In this document: positions 1 through 8,202 of the stretch, in pieces
Layout of the letters: every line of letters begins with the position of its first letter
How positions within the stretch are numbered: position 1 is the first letter of the stretch
Origin: an uncultured Planctomycetales bacterium
Lineage (GTDB): Bacteria > Omnitrophota > Gorgyraeia > Zapsychrales > JBDRMG01
Direction: 5' to 3'
DNA: 64,000 nucleotides
NCBI GenBank assembly: GCA_964478715.1
Contig: CAYZIY010000010.1
Coordinates: 2,250 to 66,249, forward strand
Translations under genes and position numbers: made by a program
Notes under the pieces: generated by a model
Seen by the model: only the letters and a program-made list of their open reading frames with translations
The model's database searches: none
What the model was told of the DNA's origin: nothing

Positions 1-395
1 GTATGGGATTGAAAACATGGAAACATGCGCCTAAGGGTAAAATTCTTAAAAGCGATGTCATAATTGCCAAGAATTATCTTAATGAAGAACATCTTAAAAA
101 GCTGGAAAGAATCGTTACCGCTTATTTGGATATGGCTGAGAACAAGGCGATTAATCGTCAGGTGATGAATATGAAGGACTGGGATGCTTTCTTGGTTCAA
201 TTTCTTGAGTTAGCTGATTATCCGTTATTGTTGGATTCGGGAAAAGTATCAATGCTTGAGGCGAAGTTAAAAGCTGAAGGTGAATACGAAAAATATCGTC
301 CGATTCAGGACAGACTTTTTGAATCGGATTTTGACAGAGAAATAAAAAAATTGATCGATAAAAATGATAGCGGAAATTTTGAAGAACAGAATTAA
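1..395 (+). CDS. rhuM: Virulence RhuM-family protein, C-terminal part (5' end outside window)
   Basis: MGLKTWKHAPKGKILKSDVIIAKNYL...YLDMAE...M.MKDW...AE.EYEKYR..QDRLFESDFD matches the RhuM C-terminus. Confidence 0.85.
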   Translation, partial: MGLKTWKHAPKGKILKSDVIIAKNYLNEEHLKKLERIVTAYLDMAENKAINRQVMNMKDWDAFLVQFLELADYPLLLDSGKVSMLEAKLKAEGEYEKYRPIQDRLFESDFDREIKKLIDKNDSGNFEEQN

Positions 396-471
396 GGGCG
401 GAGGGCTGGGAGAAGCTGGTTTTGAGAGTGAGGGGCAAAGTAAGGTAAAAAGTAAGGGGAAAGGAATCAAT

Positions 472-792
472 ATGAAAATAGGAATTGTTATCGCAAGCAA
501 TGACGCAGAGACTTGCTGGAACGCTTTGCGTTACGGTAATTTTGCTCTCAGTCAGGGTGATGAGGTGAAGGTGTTTTTTATGGGCAAAGGCGTTGAATAT
601 CAGAATATAAGCGATGATAAATTCAATACCATTGAACAGGCAGAGAATTTTGCTAAGTCGGGCGGTAAAATTTACGCCTGCGGTTCTTGTATTAAATTAC
701 GGAATCAAGGCGGTACAGAGATGTGCCCGATTAATACTATGCAGGACATGTACGATATCGTTAAGGAAAGCGACAAGGTGGTTACGTTTTAA
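472..792 (+). CDS. DsrE/DsrF-family sulfur-relay-like protein
   Basis: Start moved to ATG 472 (AAGGA upstream); VKVFFMGKGVE, IYACGSC and DKVVTF C-terminus are DsrE-like. Confidence 0.8.
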   Translation: MKIGIVIASNDAETCWNALRYGNFALSQGDEVKVFFMGKGVEYQNISDDKFNTIEQAENFAKSGGKIYACGSCIKLRNQGGTEMCPINTMQDMYDIVKESDKVVTF

Positions 793-1153
793 GTTTTTGT
801 ATTTTCGCTCTTTGTTTTTCACTTGGCAGTTTGACGATTGACCGCAGGCGTCGTTCGGTGATGTAGCGTTTGGGCATGGGATCGCCTAAGGCTTCGACCG
901 CTTCGAGAAGTTCGGGGTCGAGTTTTAATAAAGTGACAAAGTGGTTAACAGTCACCCTTGAGGTGCCGATTTGCCGGGCAAGATCGCTCTCATTTCGGGC
1001 TTCTCCGGTGTCAATCAGTCGCTTGTATTCTTTTGCTAAGTGTATAGGATTACGGTAGTTACGTTGGGGTTTGATGTTTTTCCGGGCTTTAGTTTCGAGA
1101 ATGACGATAAATGAGAAGGTTCTACGCTCAAGCCAGCCCGGGGAGCCGGATAC
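782..1153 (-). other. Start-less 123-codon open frame with an HTH-like segment; probable 3' half of a gene split by an att site
   Basis: Manual translation: VSGSPGWLERRTFSFIVILETKARKNIKPQRNYRNPIHLAKEYKRLIDTGEARNESDLARQIGTSRVTVNHFVTLLKLDPELLEAVEALGDPMPKRYITERRLRSIVKLPSEKQRAKIQKLKT*. No ATG/GTG/TTG precedes the HTH; upstream in-frame TGA at 1154-1156. Confidence 0.65.
1118..1147 (+). mobile_element. Putative attR: fragment resembling a tRNA-Asn 3' end
   Basis: CCAGCCCGGGGAGCC (1133-1147), preceded by GGTTC (1118-1122), resembles the tRNA-Asn 3' end pattern GGTTCGA.TCCAG.C.G.GGAGCCA; no 5' tRNA half is present. Confidence 0.55.
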
Positions 1154-1157
1154 TCAC

Positions 1158-1184
1158 GGGTCCATACCGGAGACATGGGTGACG
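1158..1184. mobile_element. Isolated IS481-family-like terminal sequence
   Basis: Reverse complement GTCACCCATGTCTCCGGTATGGACCC resembles, from memory, IS481-family ends; no transposase nearby. Confidence 0.4.
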
Positions 1185-1400
1185 CAATCGTCATACCATC
1201 TCCAGTGCGAACGGGTACTTCAAAGGTTCAATCTCTAACCTCTTTCTTTCATCCACGATAATATTACTTTTTCATGTCTTAGAATTGCATTCTTTAAACC
1301 TACTGAAACTGGACTTCTATGCTATAATTATCAAAAAGTTTTATCTATGTTTCAAGGAAAGTCTCTTAAGATTTTTTCTCACATTTAAGGAGCGGAAGGA

Positions 1401-1790
1401 TTGAATAAGAAATTTGTCACAGCCATTAACTGCATGGATGGTCGGGCGCAGGAACCGATCATTAAATTTATGAAGGAGAAATTTCAAGCCGATTATGTTG
1501 ACAATATAACGGAGCCGGGCCCGAACAAGATTTTGGCTGAAGCGAGTAATGCCGAACTGGTCGAATCTATCAAAAAAAGGGTTGCTATTTCTGTCTTTAA
1601 GCATTTTTCTAAAATCATTGCCATCATCGGTCATCATGATTGCTCCGGTAATCCATCATCTGATCTTGAGCAAAAAAATCATTTAAAACGATCGCTTGAG
1701 AATATACGATCCTGGGATTTTCCTGTTCAAAAAATCATTTTGATATGGCTGGATGAAAGTTTTCAGCCCGCGGAAATCTCCTTTAAATAA
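1401..1790 (+). CDS. Beta-carbonic-anhydrase-like protein
   Basis: Zn-ligand motifs CMDGR and HHDC; TTG start with GGA-rich SD; TGCTATAAT promoter-like element at about 1320. Confidence 0.75.
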   Translation: MNKKFVTAINCMDGRAQEPIIKFMKEKFQADYVDNITEPGPNKILAEASNAELVESIKKRVAISVFKHFSKIIAIIGHHDCSGNPSSDLEQKNHLKRSLENIRSWDFPVQKIILIWLDESFQPAEISFK

Positions 1791-1911
1791 TCTGGAAATG
1801 GATATTTATCGTTTCCTTCCTTCCATTGCTATCATTCGATCAGTCCATTTAACCGTTGCGCGGTGAAATGTCTTCGGCTATAATTTAGCCAATAAGAGCT
1901 TAAACTCTTAT

Positions 1912-2904
1912 ATGAAGGCGCAAACAAAAAAGATTTATATTTTATCGGGAAAATTCAGTTTGAAAGAAGAACTTTCCATTATAAGCCCCGTTTACCAGGC
2001 GCAAGATATTATCGAAGAATTAGTACGCCAGATAGATCAGTCTGCTCAAAAGATTACGGCTGAGTTTGAGATTATTCTTGTAGATGACGACAGCCAGGAT
2101 CAATCCTGGGAAAAAATAAAAGACATTGCCCGTCGATATCCTCATTTAAAGGGAATCAAACTGAGTCGCAACTTTGGCCAGCACAATGCTATAGCCGCCG
2201 GCCTCTGGCATGCCAGAGGCCGATATCTGGTTGTCATGGATTGTGATTTGCAGGATGATCCGGCGTATATCAAGGATCTCTACGACAAAGTCAAAGAAGG
2301 ATGCGATATAGTGTACACGATCAGGAAAAAAAGGCGGCATGGAGTATTTAAAAATTATTTTGCCTCGATATTTCACAGATTGTTCAATTATCTGGTAGGG
2401 AATCATTATGTGAAAACAAATAATAAAATCGGAACGTACAGCATCATTACCCGGAAGGTAGCCGAGGCCTACAAAAAACTGCATGATGAATATCGTCCTT
2501 ATCTGGTGATGCTCAATATCCTCGGATTCAAGCAAGCGTATATCGGGGTGGAGCATACAAAGAGGTATCAGGGAAAATCTTCATACGGAATTAAGAAGTT
2601 GATCCGCCATGGGCTCAACGCGGTTATCTCGCAGACGGATCGCTTGCTTCAAGTGGCCATCTATATCGGTCTGATCTATATGATTTTTAGTTTCGGTTTT
2701 TCTGCCTTTGTTTTTATCCGGGCTCTCCTCTACGGATATTATCCCGGCTGGGCCAGTCTTGTCATTCTGATTTCCTTAAGTACGGGAATTATCCTTCTTT
2801 CGCTGGGCATCGTCGGACTTTATATTGGAAAAATTTTTACACAAGTAAAACAGAGGCCGGTTTTTCTCGTTGACGAGAAAATCAATTTTCAGGAATCAAA
2901 TTGA
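1912..2904 (+). CDS. GT2 polyprenol-phosphate glycosyltransferase (ArnC/GtrB-like); start may be TTG at about 1960
   Basis: ILVDDDSQD, LSRNFGQHNA, MDCDLQDDP, two C-terminal TM helices, YIGKIF..VKQRP. Confidence 0.9.
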   Translation: MKAQTKKIYILSGKFSLKEELSIISPVYQAQDIIEELVRQIDQSAQKITAEFEIILVDDDSQDQSWEKIKDIARRYPHLKGIKLSRNFGQHNAIAAGLWHARGRYLVVMDCDLQDDPAYIKDLYDKVKEGCDIVYTIRKKRRHGVFKNYFASIFHRLFNYLVGNHYVKTNNKIGTYSIITRKVAEAYKKLHDEYRPYLVMLNILGFKQAYIGVEHTKRYQGKSSYGIKKLIRHGLNAVISQTDRLLQVAIYIGLIYMIFSFGFSAFVFIRALLYGYYPGWASLVILISLSTGIILLSLGIVGLYIGKIFTQVKQRPVFLVDEKINFQESN

Positions 2905-3830
2905 AGAAGCAGGATATCGGAACAATATTTTACGGTGGACAGGGCTTGATGCGTCCGATGCTTTCCTATTTATCCCGATCACCGTTATTTGATCTTAAGG
3001 GTTTTATTGGTCACTATCAAGATAAAGATTACTTTTACGGATATCCTCACCCTGAGAAGCTCGCAAAAGAATTTGGTGTTCCCTTGTTGGGGATCGGACC
3101 CTTAAGGGAAACAGTTATCAAGAAAATCCGATCGGTCAAACCGCAAATCAATATTTTTGCCTACTATCCGCATATCATTTCTCAGGATATCCTAAATCTC
3201 CCAGAATTGAAATCCGTTAATGTTCACCCTGGCTCGCTTCCTCAATATAAAGGAACTTTTCCCACCCCCTGGATGATTCTAAATGGCGAGAAGAAAATGG
3301 GTGTGAGCGTATTTGTTATGAATCATCAAATTGACGGGGGTGATATTCTTAATCAGAAATATTATCGGATAAAAAAAGAGGAAACCGGTTTTGAGCTTTA
3401 CCAGAGATCCATGGTTCTAAGCGCCCGGCTTCTTAAAGAAACTCTGCCGAAATATACCCAAGGAGTAATAAAGCCGAAACCCCAAAAAGGAGAGGGATCT
3501 TATTACGGATATATTCCCGCCTATTATCATATCGACTGGGAGCAGCCGGCCGAAATGATTCAAAGACATGTACGCGTGCACGCCAAGCCCTATTTTCCGG
3601 CGTATACTTTTTTATTCAATTATCTGATCGCCATCAATCGAGTTTCAGTTAAAAAAATAAAAAGACGTAAGCCGGAAAAGCCGGGGACTATTTTAAATGT
3701 TAGCAAAGACGGCACTTTTACCGTAGCCTGCCTGAAAGATGCTGTGCGAATAATAGATTATGAAATCATGCCTTATCCAAAGAGACATGATTTTAGAAAG
3801 TATATCAAAGAAGGACAATGCTTGAATTAA
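2901..3830 (+). CDS. N10-formyl-THF-dependent formyltransferase (Fmt/ArnA N-domain-like)
   Basis: NVHPGSLPQYKG, IDGGDI and IDWE.PA..I...VR C-domain; overlaps the GT2 stop. Confidence 0.85.
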   Translation: MKKQDIGTIFYGGQGLMRPMLSYLSRSPLFDLKGFIGHYQDKDYFYGYPHPEKLAKEFGVPLLGIGPLRETVIKKIRSVKPQINIFAYYPHIISQDILNLPELKSVNVHPGSLPQYKGTFPTPWMILNGEKKMGVSVFVMNHQIDGGDILNQKYYRIKKEETGFELYQRSMVLSARLLKETLPKYTQGVIKPKPQKGEGSYYGYIPAYYHIDWEQPAEMIQRHVRVHAKPYFPAYTFLFNYLIAINRVSVKKIKRRKPEKPGTILNVSKDGTFTVACLKDAVRIIDYEIMPYPKRHDFRKYIKEGQCLN

Positions 3831-4057
3831 AAATGGAGAGATTAAATCAGATTTTTATGGAGGTTCTGGAAGCGGACCCGGGTTGTTTGAAAGATGAGTG
3901 GACCATGGACGAGGTCAGAAACTGGGATTCGCTTAAGCAAATGGAAATCATTGCCGCCATTGAAAAAGTGTACGACTTTGAACTAACTTTTGAAGAGATA
4001 GCTCAAATGTCTTCAATCGGGAACATCAAATCTATCGTCAAAAAAAGGATTTCGTAA
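3818..4057 (+). CDS. Acyl/aminoacyl carrier protein (start may be ATG 3833)
   Basis: Small acidic protein with phosphopantetheine motif WDSL. Confidence 0.9.
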   Translation: MLELKMERLNQIFMEVLEADPGCLKDEWTMDEVRNWDSLKQMEIIAAIEKVYDFELTFEEIAQMSSIGNIKSIVKKRIS

Positions 4058-4058
4058 T

Positions 4059-4802
4059 ATGCAAATCAAAGATTCTACAGTAATCGTTACGGGGGCAGCA
4101 AAAGGATTGGGCAGGGAAATCGTCAACCTTTTGATCGAAAAAGAAGCGAATGTTCTTGCTCTTGATAAAGATCAGCAAGCCCTTGATCAATTGCCAGAAA
4201 GAGAACGACTGCACAAATACGTATTAGATTTGCTGGATGACGCTCAAAGAAAAACGGTCATAAGGAAAATAACTGATCAATTCAAAATTACAGCTTTAGT
4301 CAATAATGCGGGCGTCCTGCACAATCATCCTGTTGTTCGTTTTGAAAAAGGGGGCTTAACAAAGCTGAGCAATGAGGAATGGTTTTCCGTTTTGGATATC
4401 AATCTGAATGTCCCTTTTATGCTGTCGCGCGATATCGCCGCTCATATGATTAAAAAACGGATCAAAGGCGTGTTGATCAATATCTCTTCCATATCAGCAC
4501 AGGGTAATGCCGGACAGGCTGCTTATTCGGCATCTAAAGCGGGACTGGAAGCCATGACTAAAGTTCTTTCTAAAGAGTTGGGGGTTTTAAGTATTCGGGC
4601 CGCCTGCATTGCTCCGGGATATATGGACACGCCCTCAACACACCAGGTGATGAAAGAGGGCAGCCTGCAAAAGATTGTCAAAGATATTCCCCTGCGACGA
4701 CTGGGGAAGGCTCAAGAAGTTGCCCGAGGCGTATGTTTTATCATTGAGAATGATTTTTACTCGGGAAAAACCCTTTCCATTGACGGTGGATTAACTTTAT
4801 AA
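4059..4802 (+). CDS. FabG-like SDR (3-oxoacyl-ACP reductase family)
   Basis: TGAAKGLG, NNAG, YSASK, IAPGY, IDGG. Confidence 0.85.
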   Translation: MQIKDSTVIVTGAAKGLGREIVNLLIEKEANVLALDKDQQALDQLPERERLHKYVLDLLDDAQRKTVIRKITDQFKITALVNNAGVLHNHPVVRFEKGGLTKLSNEEWFSVLDINLNVPFMLSRDIAAHMIKKRIKGVLINISSISAQGNAGQAAYSASKAGLEAMTKVLSKELGVLSIRAACIAPGYMDTPSTHQVMKEGSLQKIVKDIPLRRLGKAQEVARGVCFIIENDFYSGKTLSIDGGLTL

Positions 4803-4803
4803 G

Positions 4804-6357
4804 ATGAGTAAGAGCGTCAATCTGGCTATCCATTTCAATCAAATAGCAAATGAATTTGAGCAAGGGATAGCCCTCAGTTTCCCTGATGGGTTAGAGTATA
4901 CCTACCAAAAATTGTCTGACGATTCCGATCAGCTAGCTTCATTACTCTTAGCGCATGGAGCTGGCTTGAGTGATGTCATCGCTATTGCAGGAGTCAAGCG
5001 CTATTATACCTATGCCGCTTTTTTAGCCTGTCTTAAAATCGGAGCTATTTATACCTTTTTTGATCCTAAAAGCCCTTGGCCTCGATGTGAAAAGATTTTC
5101 GATCGCTGTAATCCAAAATTCATCATAGGATATCTGGATAAAGCGCAAGGCATTAAGGATCAATCGAAATATTCGATAATCAATTTCGATGGGCTTGATG
5201 TCCTGAGGGATGGGCGCCCCAATCAACGTAAAAAGATTGCTATCGATAAAATTCCGGGCAGTCATCCTGCCTATATTATGTTTACATCAGGATCGACCGG
5301 ATTTCCCAAAGGCGCTGTTATGTCACATCAAAATGTATTGAACTTTATTGATTGGTGTCAGAAGACTTTCGATATAACAGATGACGATGTCCATACTAAT
5401 GTAAACCCGCTCTATTTTGATAATGCCGTTTTTGATCTCTATTCAACGCTTTTTACCGGTGCAACGCTTGTTTCCGTCAACAAGCATCAGGCGCTTAAGC
5501 CGGCTGTTCTTTTGGATATTCTTGAAAACAAACAGTGCACCAGCTGGTTTTCGGTTCCTTTTTTGTTGATTTATCTTCAGCAATCAAAAGCGATCATCGA
5601 GCGTAAATGGCAAAGCGTGAAGAAAATCATTTTTGGCGGCGAAGGATATCCAAAAACTCAACTGTATGATCTTTATCAAAAGCTAAAAAAGCAAACGACA
5701 TTTTATAATGTTTACGGTCCGACAGAATGCACCTGCATGTGTTCCAGCTATACTGTCAGTGACAATGATTTTGATGAGAAAAATGGTTTGCTGCCTTTAG
5801 GCCACATAGCTGAGATGTTCAGCTATTTGATCGTGGGTGATAACGGCAAAATCAACAAGGATAAAGGAGAACTTTGGCTGGGAGGCGCGAATGTCGGGTT
5901 GGGTTATTACAATGACCCAAAGAAGACAAAAGAGAAATTTGTTCTCGCGTCTGCGGAGACAGGGGCAAAGAGCATATTTTATAAGACAGGAGATATTGTC
6001 AGCTTTAATCCACAAGATCAAAAAATCTATTTTCACGGACGGAAAGACAACCAAATTAAACATATGGGATATCGGATTGAGCTGGAAGAGATCGAACAGA
6101 CATTAAAAACCCTAAAGAACGTGAAGGATGTTTGCGTTTTTAGCGTCAATGGAAGTCGAAATACAAAAATTTGTGTCGTTATTGAGTCAGAGGAGCAAGC
6201 CCAAAAAGAAACAATGAAGCAGGCACTCAGAGAGAAATTGCCGTATTTCATGATTCCGGAAGATTTTTTCTTCTGCGATATGATCCCAAGAAATGCCAAT
6301 GGAAAAGTAGATCGTCTAAAAACAAAGGAAGTGTACGGAAAATTATGTCAAAAATAA
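4804..6357 (+). CDS. Stand-alone amino-acid adenylation enzyme (DltA/NRPS A-domain-like)
   Basis: YIMFTSGSTGFPKG, FD.AVFD, YGPTE, YKTGD, GRKDNQIK..GYRIELEEIE, PRNANGKVDR. Confidence 0.9.
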   Translation: MSKSVNLAIHFNQIANEFEQGIALSFPDGLEYTYQKLSDDSDQLASLLLAHGAGLSDVIAIAGVKRYYTYAAFLACLKIGAIYTFFDPKSPWPRCEKIFDRCNPKFIIGYLDKAQGIKDQSKYSIINFDGLDVLRDGRPNQRKKIAIDKIPGSHPAYIMFTSGSTGFPKGAVMSHQNVLNFIDWCQKTFDITDDDVHTNVNPLYFDNAVFDLYSTLFTGATLVSVNKHQALKPAVLLDILENKQCTSWFSVPFLLIYLQQSKAIIERKWQSVKKIIFGGEGYPKTQLYDLYQKLKKQTTFYNVYGPTECTCMCSSYTVSDNDFDEKNGLLPLGHIAEMFSYLIVGDNGKINKDKGELWLGGANVGLGYYNDPKKTKEKFVLASAETGAKSIFYKTGDIVSFNPQDQKIYFHGRKDNQIKHMGYRIELEEIEQTLKTLKNVKDVCVFSVNGSRNTKICVVIESEEQAQKETMKQALREKLPYFMIPEDFFFCDMIPRNANGKVDRLKTKEVYGKLCQK

Positions 6358-7022
6358 TACTTTTTGGGTGCGGAGAAGGAGCGAAGATCGCTTATCAATA
6401 CTTTCGGCAAGATACCGAAGAAGAGATCGCTGGTTTCTGCGTTCATCGACAGCAGATGAAAGAAGCAGAATTCGTTGGTTTGCCGGTAGTGGCTTTTGAA
6501 GAGGTTGAGTCTCGGTTTCCCCCCAAAGAGTTCAAACTCTTTTGTTCATTAGGATTTGATCAGATGAATCACGTACGCGCTAAGGTCTTTGAAGAAGGAA
6601 AAGAGAAGGGATATCAATTCACCAGCTATATTCATTCCAGTAACAAGCCCATTGGGGAATTCAAGATGGGTGAAAATTGCTTCATTATGGAGAATCAATC
6701 GATTAATACGGGCGTTACGATAGGGAATAATGTGACGATATGGTCAGCCAATCAGATCGGAAATAATTGCCGGATCGAAGATCATGCCTGGATATCTTCC
6801 CATGCGTGCATTGCCGGCAATGTCACCATCAAGGAATACAGCTTCATTGGGATTAATGCCAGTATTTCGCACAATATTGTTATTGAACGGGAAAATTATA
6901 TCGGAGCTAACGCTCTGATTGCAAAAAATACCGAACCTAAAGCGGTCTATGTGCTTTCGCCTACACCAAAGGCTGGCTTGGGATCGGATAAATTCATGCA
7001 TTTCTTAAGAGAAACAAGTTGA
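6345..7022 (+). CDS. Left-handed beta-helix sugar acyltransferase (NeuD/PglD-like)
   Basis: N-terminal Rossmann-like LFGCGEGA plus hexapeptide repeats (MGENCFI, IGNNVTI, IEDHAWI). Confidence 0.85.
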   Translation: MSKIILFGCGEGAKIAYQYFRQDTEEEIAGFCVHRQQMKEAEFVGLPVVAFEEVESRFPPKEFKLFCSLGFDQMNHVRAKVFEEGKEKGYQFTSYIHSSNKPIGEFKMGENCFIMENQSINTGVTIGNNVTIWSANQIGNNCRIEDHAWISSHACIAGNVTIKEYSFIGINASISHNIVIERENYIGANALIAKNTEPKAVYVLSPTPKAGLGSDKFMHFLRETS

Positions 7023-7043
7023 TTTAAAAAAGTTTCGATAGCG

Positions 7044-7427
7044 ATGAGCCTTTTTATTGCAAAAATTCTTGGTCCTTGCCTTTTGGTTCTATCCATTAGT
7101 TTTATCGTCAATAGGGATCTTTGCAAAAATGTGATCGAGGAATACACCACAAAGCCCGCCTTTATTTTTTTAGGCGGAATTTTTGCCTTGTTAGTTGGTC
7201 TAGTTCTTACCATCAATCACAACCGATGGGTCGCGGATTGGCCGGTCATTATAACGATCTATGGCTGGGGCGGGATTACTAAAGGGATCTGGCTGTTGGT
7301 CTTTCCTGACTCTATGAGAAAAATGGGAAAATATTTCCAGAAGAATAAAGCTCTTGCGACAGCCCACTTGATTATTGTTTTTGTTTTTGGCGTAATTTTG
7401 AGCTTGTTTGGGTATTTCGGAAGTTAA
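7044..7427 (+). CDS. Small integral membrane protein of unknown function
   Basis: About four hydrophobic segments; HNRW..DWPVIIT.YGW motif. Confidence 0.75.
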   Translation: MSLFIAKILGPCLLVLSISFIVNRDLCKNVIEEYTTKPAFIFLGGIFALLVGLVLTINHNRWVADWPVIITIYGWGGITKGIWLLVFPDSMRKMGKYFQKNKALATAHLIIVFVFGVILSLFGYFGS

Positions 7428-7697
7428 AAAGGGATGAAATATTCTTACAAAGAAACGTTTAAGAAATAATTGAAAAAGAAAGATTCATGAAATCTGTCAG
7501 ATTGCTCATTGCAGCTTGCGTGGTGAGCATATTTGACGATATCGTTGGCATAAAAATAAGTTTCTGGACTTGATTTTCGGACAGGGGAGATGAATTCTTT
7601 TTGAAAAAATATTTTGTTATCCCGGAAAGACTTTAAATCAGTATAAACTGTGTTATACTTAAATTAAGAAGCAAAAACTTAAAGCACAAAAATTGAT

Positions 7698-8093
7698 ATG
7701 AGAAAAACAAGAGAAAAAATTATCATTTTGGGAATTCTCCTATTCAGCTTGACAAGTATTAAGTCAGGAATGGCCGTCAGCGCGTATGATAAAACGGAAT
7801 TCTTTGAGAAGTATGGTGTCGAATGGGAAGAGGCGAATAGAGAGCAAAAAAGGGAATTTACCCTTTTTATCCGGGAACGGAATAAAAAAATTAGAAACGA
7901 AAAAAGAGAGGATCTTTTAAGAAAGCGTGAAAACGATAGGAGAAAAAGAGAAGAAAAGAAACGAATACAATTTAAAAAGAGAGAGCAAGAAAGAAGGAAA
8001 AGGGAGTTAAAGAGGAAAAAACAGATGATTTTAAGAGAAGAAGCGCGTCAGCGCCGAGAGTGGCAAAGAAAGAAAAGAAATTATAAAAGATAA
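7698..8093 (+). CDS. Hypothetical exported or anchored protein with K/R/E-rich coiled coil
   Basis: Hydrophobic N-terminus then a highly charged helix; TGTTATACT upstream and a terminator downstream. Confidence 0.7.
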   Translation: MRKTREKIIILGILLFSLTSIKSGMAVSAYDKTEFFEKYGVEWEEANREQKREFTLFIRERNKKIRNEKREDLLRKRENDRRKREEKKRIQFKKREQERRKRELKRKKQMILREEARQRREWQRKKRNYKR

Positions 8094-8114
8094 TCCTTTT
8101 ACGCATGGACTATC

Positions 8115-8150
8115 AAAAAAGAGTTATTACTTTAAATAACTCTTTTTTTT
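8115..8150 (+). terminator. Intrinsic terminator-like hairpin
   Basis: AAAAAAGAGTTATT-ACTTTA-AATAACTCTTTTTT(TT): perfect 14-bp inverted repeat ending in a T-run. Confidence 0.7.
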
Positions 8151-8202
8151 ATTATAATAAGAAATTAACGGATTTAATTAGATAATAAACAAATAACAGC
8201 TA

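Noticed and set aside
364-471. N-terminal extension of the DsrE ORF
   Set aside because: Overlaps rhuM and is low-complexity; the SD and family start fit ATG 472.
870-1058. 62-aa plus-strand ORF from the track
   Set aside because: Ser/Arg-rich antisense shadow of the more protein-like minus-strand HTH frame.
1100-1240. Possible intact tRNA gene
   Set aside because: Only a 3'-end-like fragment; no D arm, anticodon arm or matching acceptor 5' strand could be folded.
4804-6357. Calling the cluster an NRPS or a dlt operon
   Set aside because: No condensation or thioesterase domain and no DltB/DltD; neighbours are sugar-modifying enzymes.
7430-7600. Short ORF fragments (e.g. MKSVRLLIAACVVSIFDDIVGIKISFWT)
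   Set aside because: No convincing SD or recognisable family; could be decayed sequence but cannot be supported.
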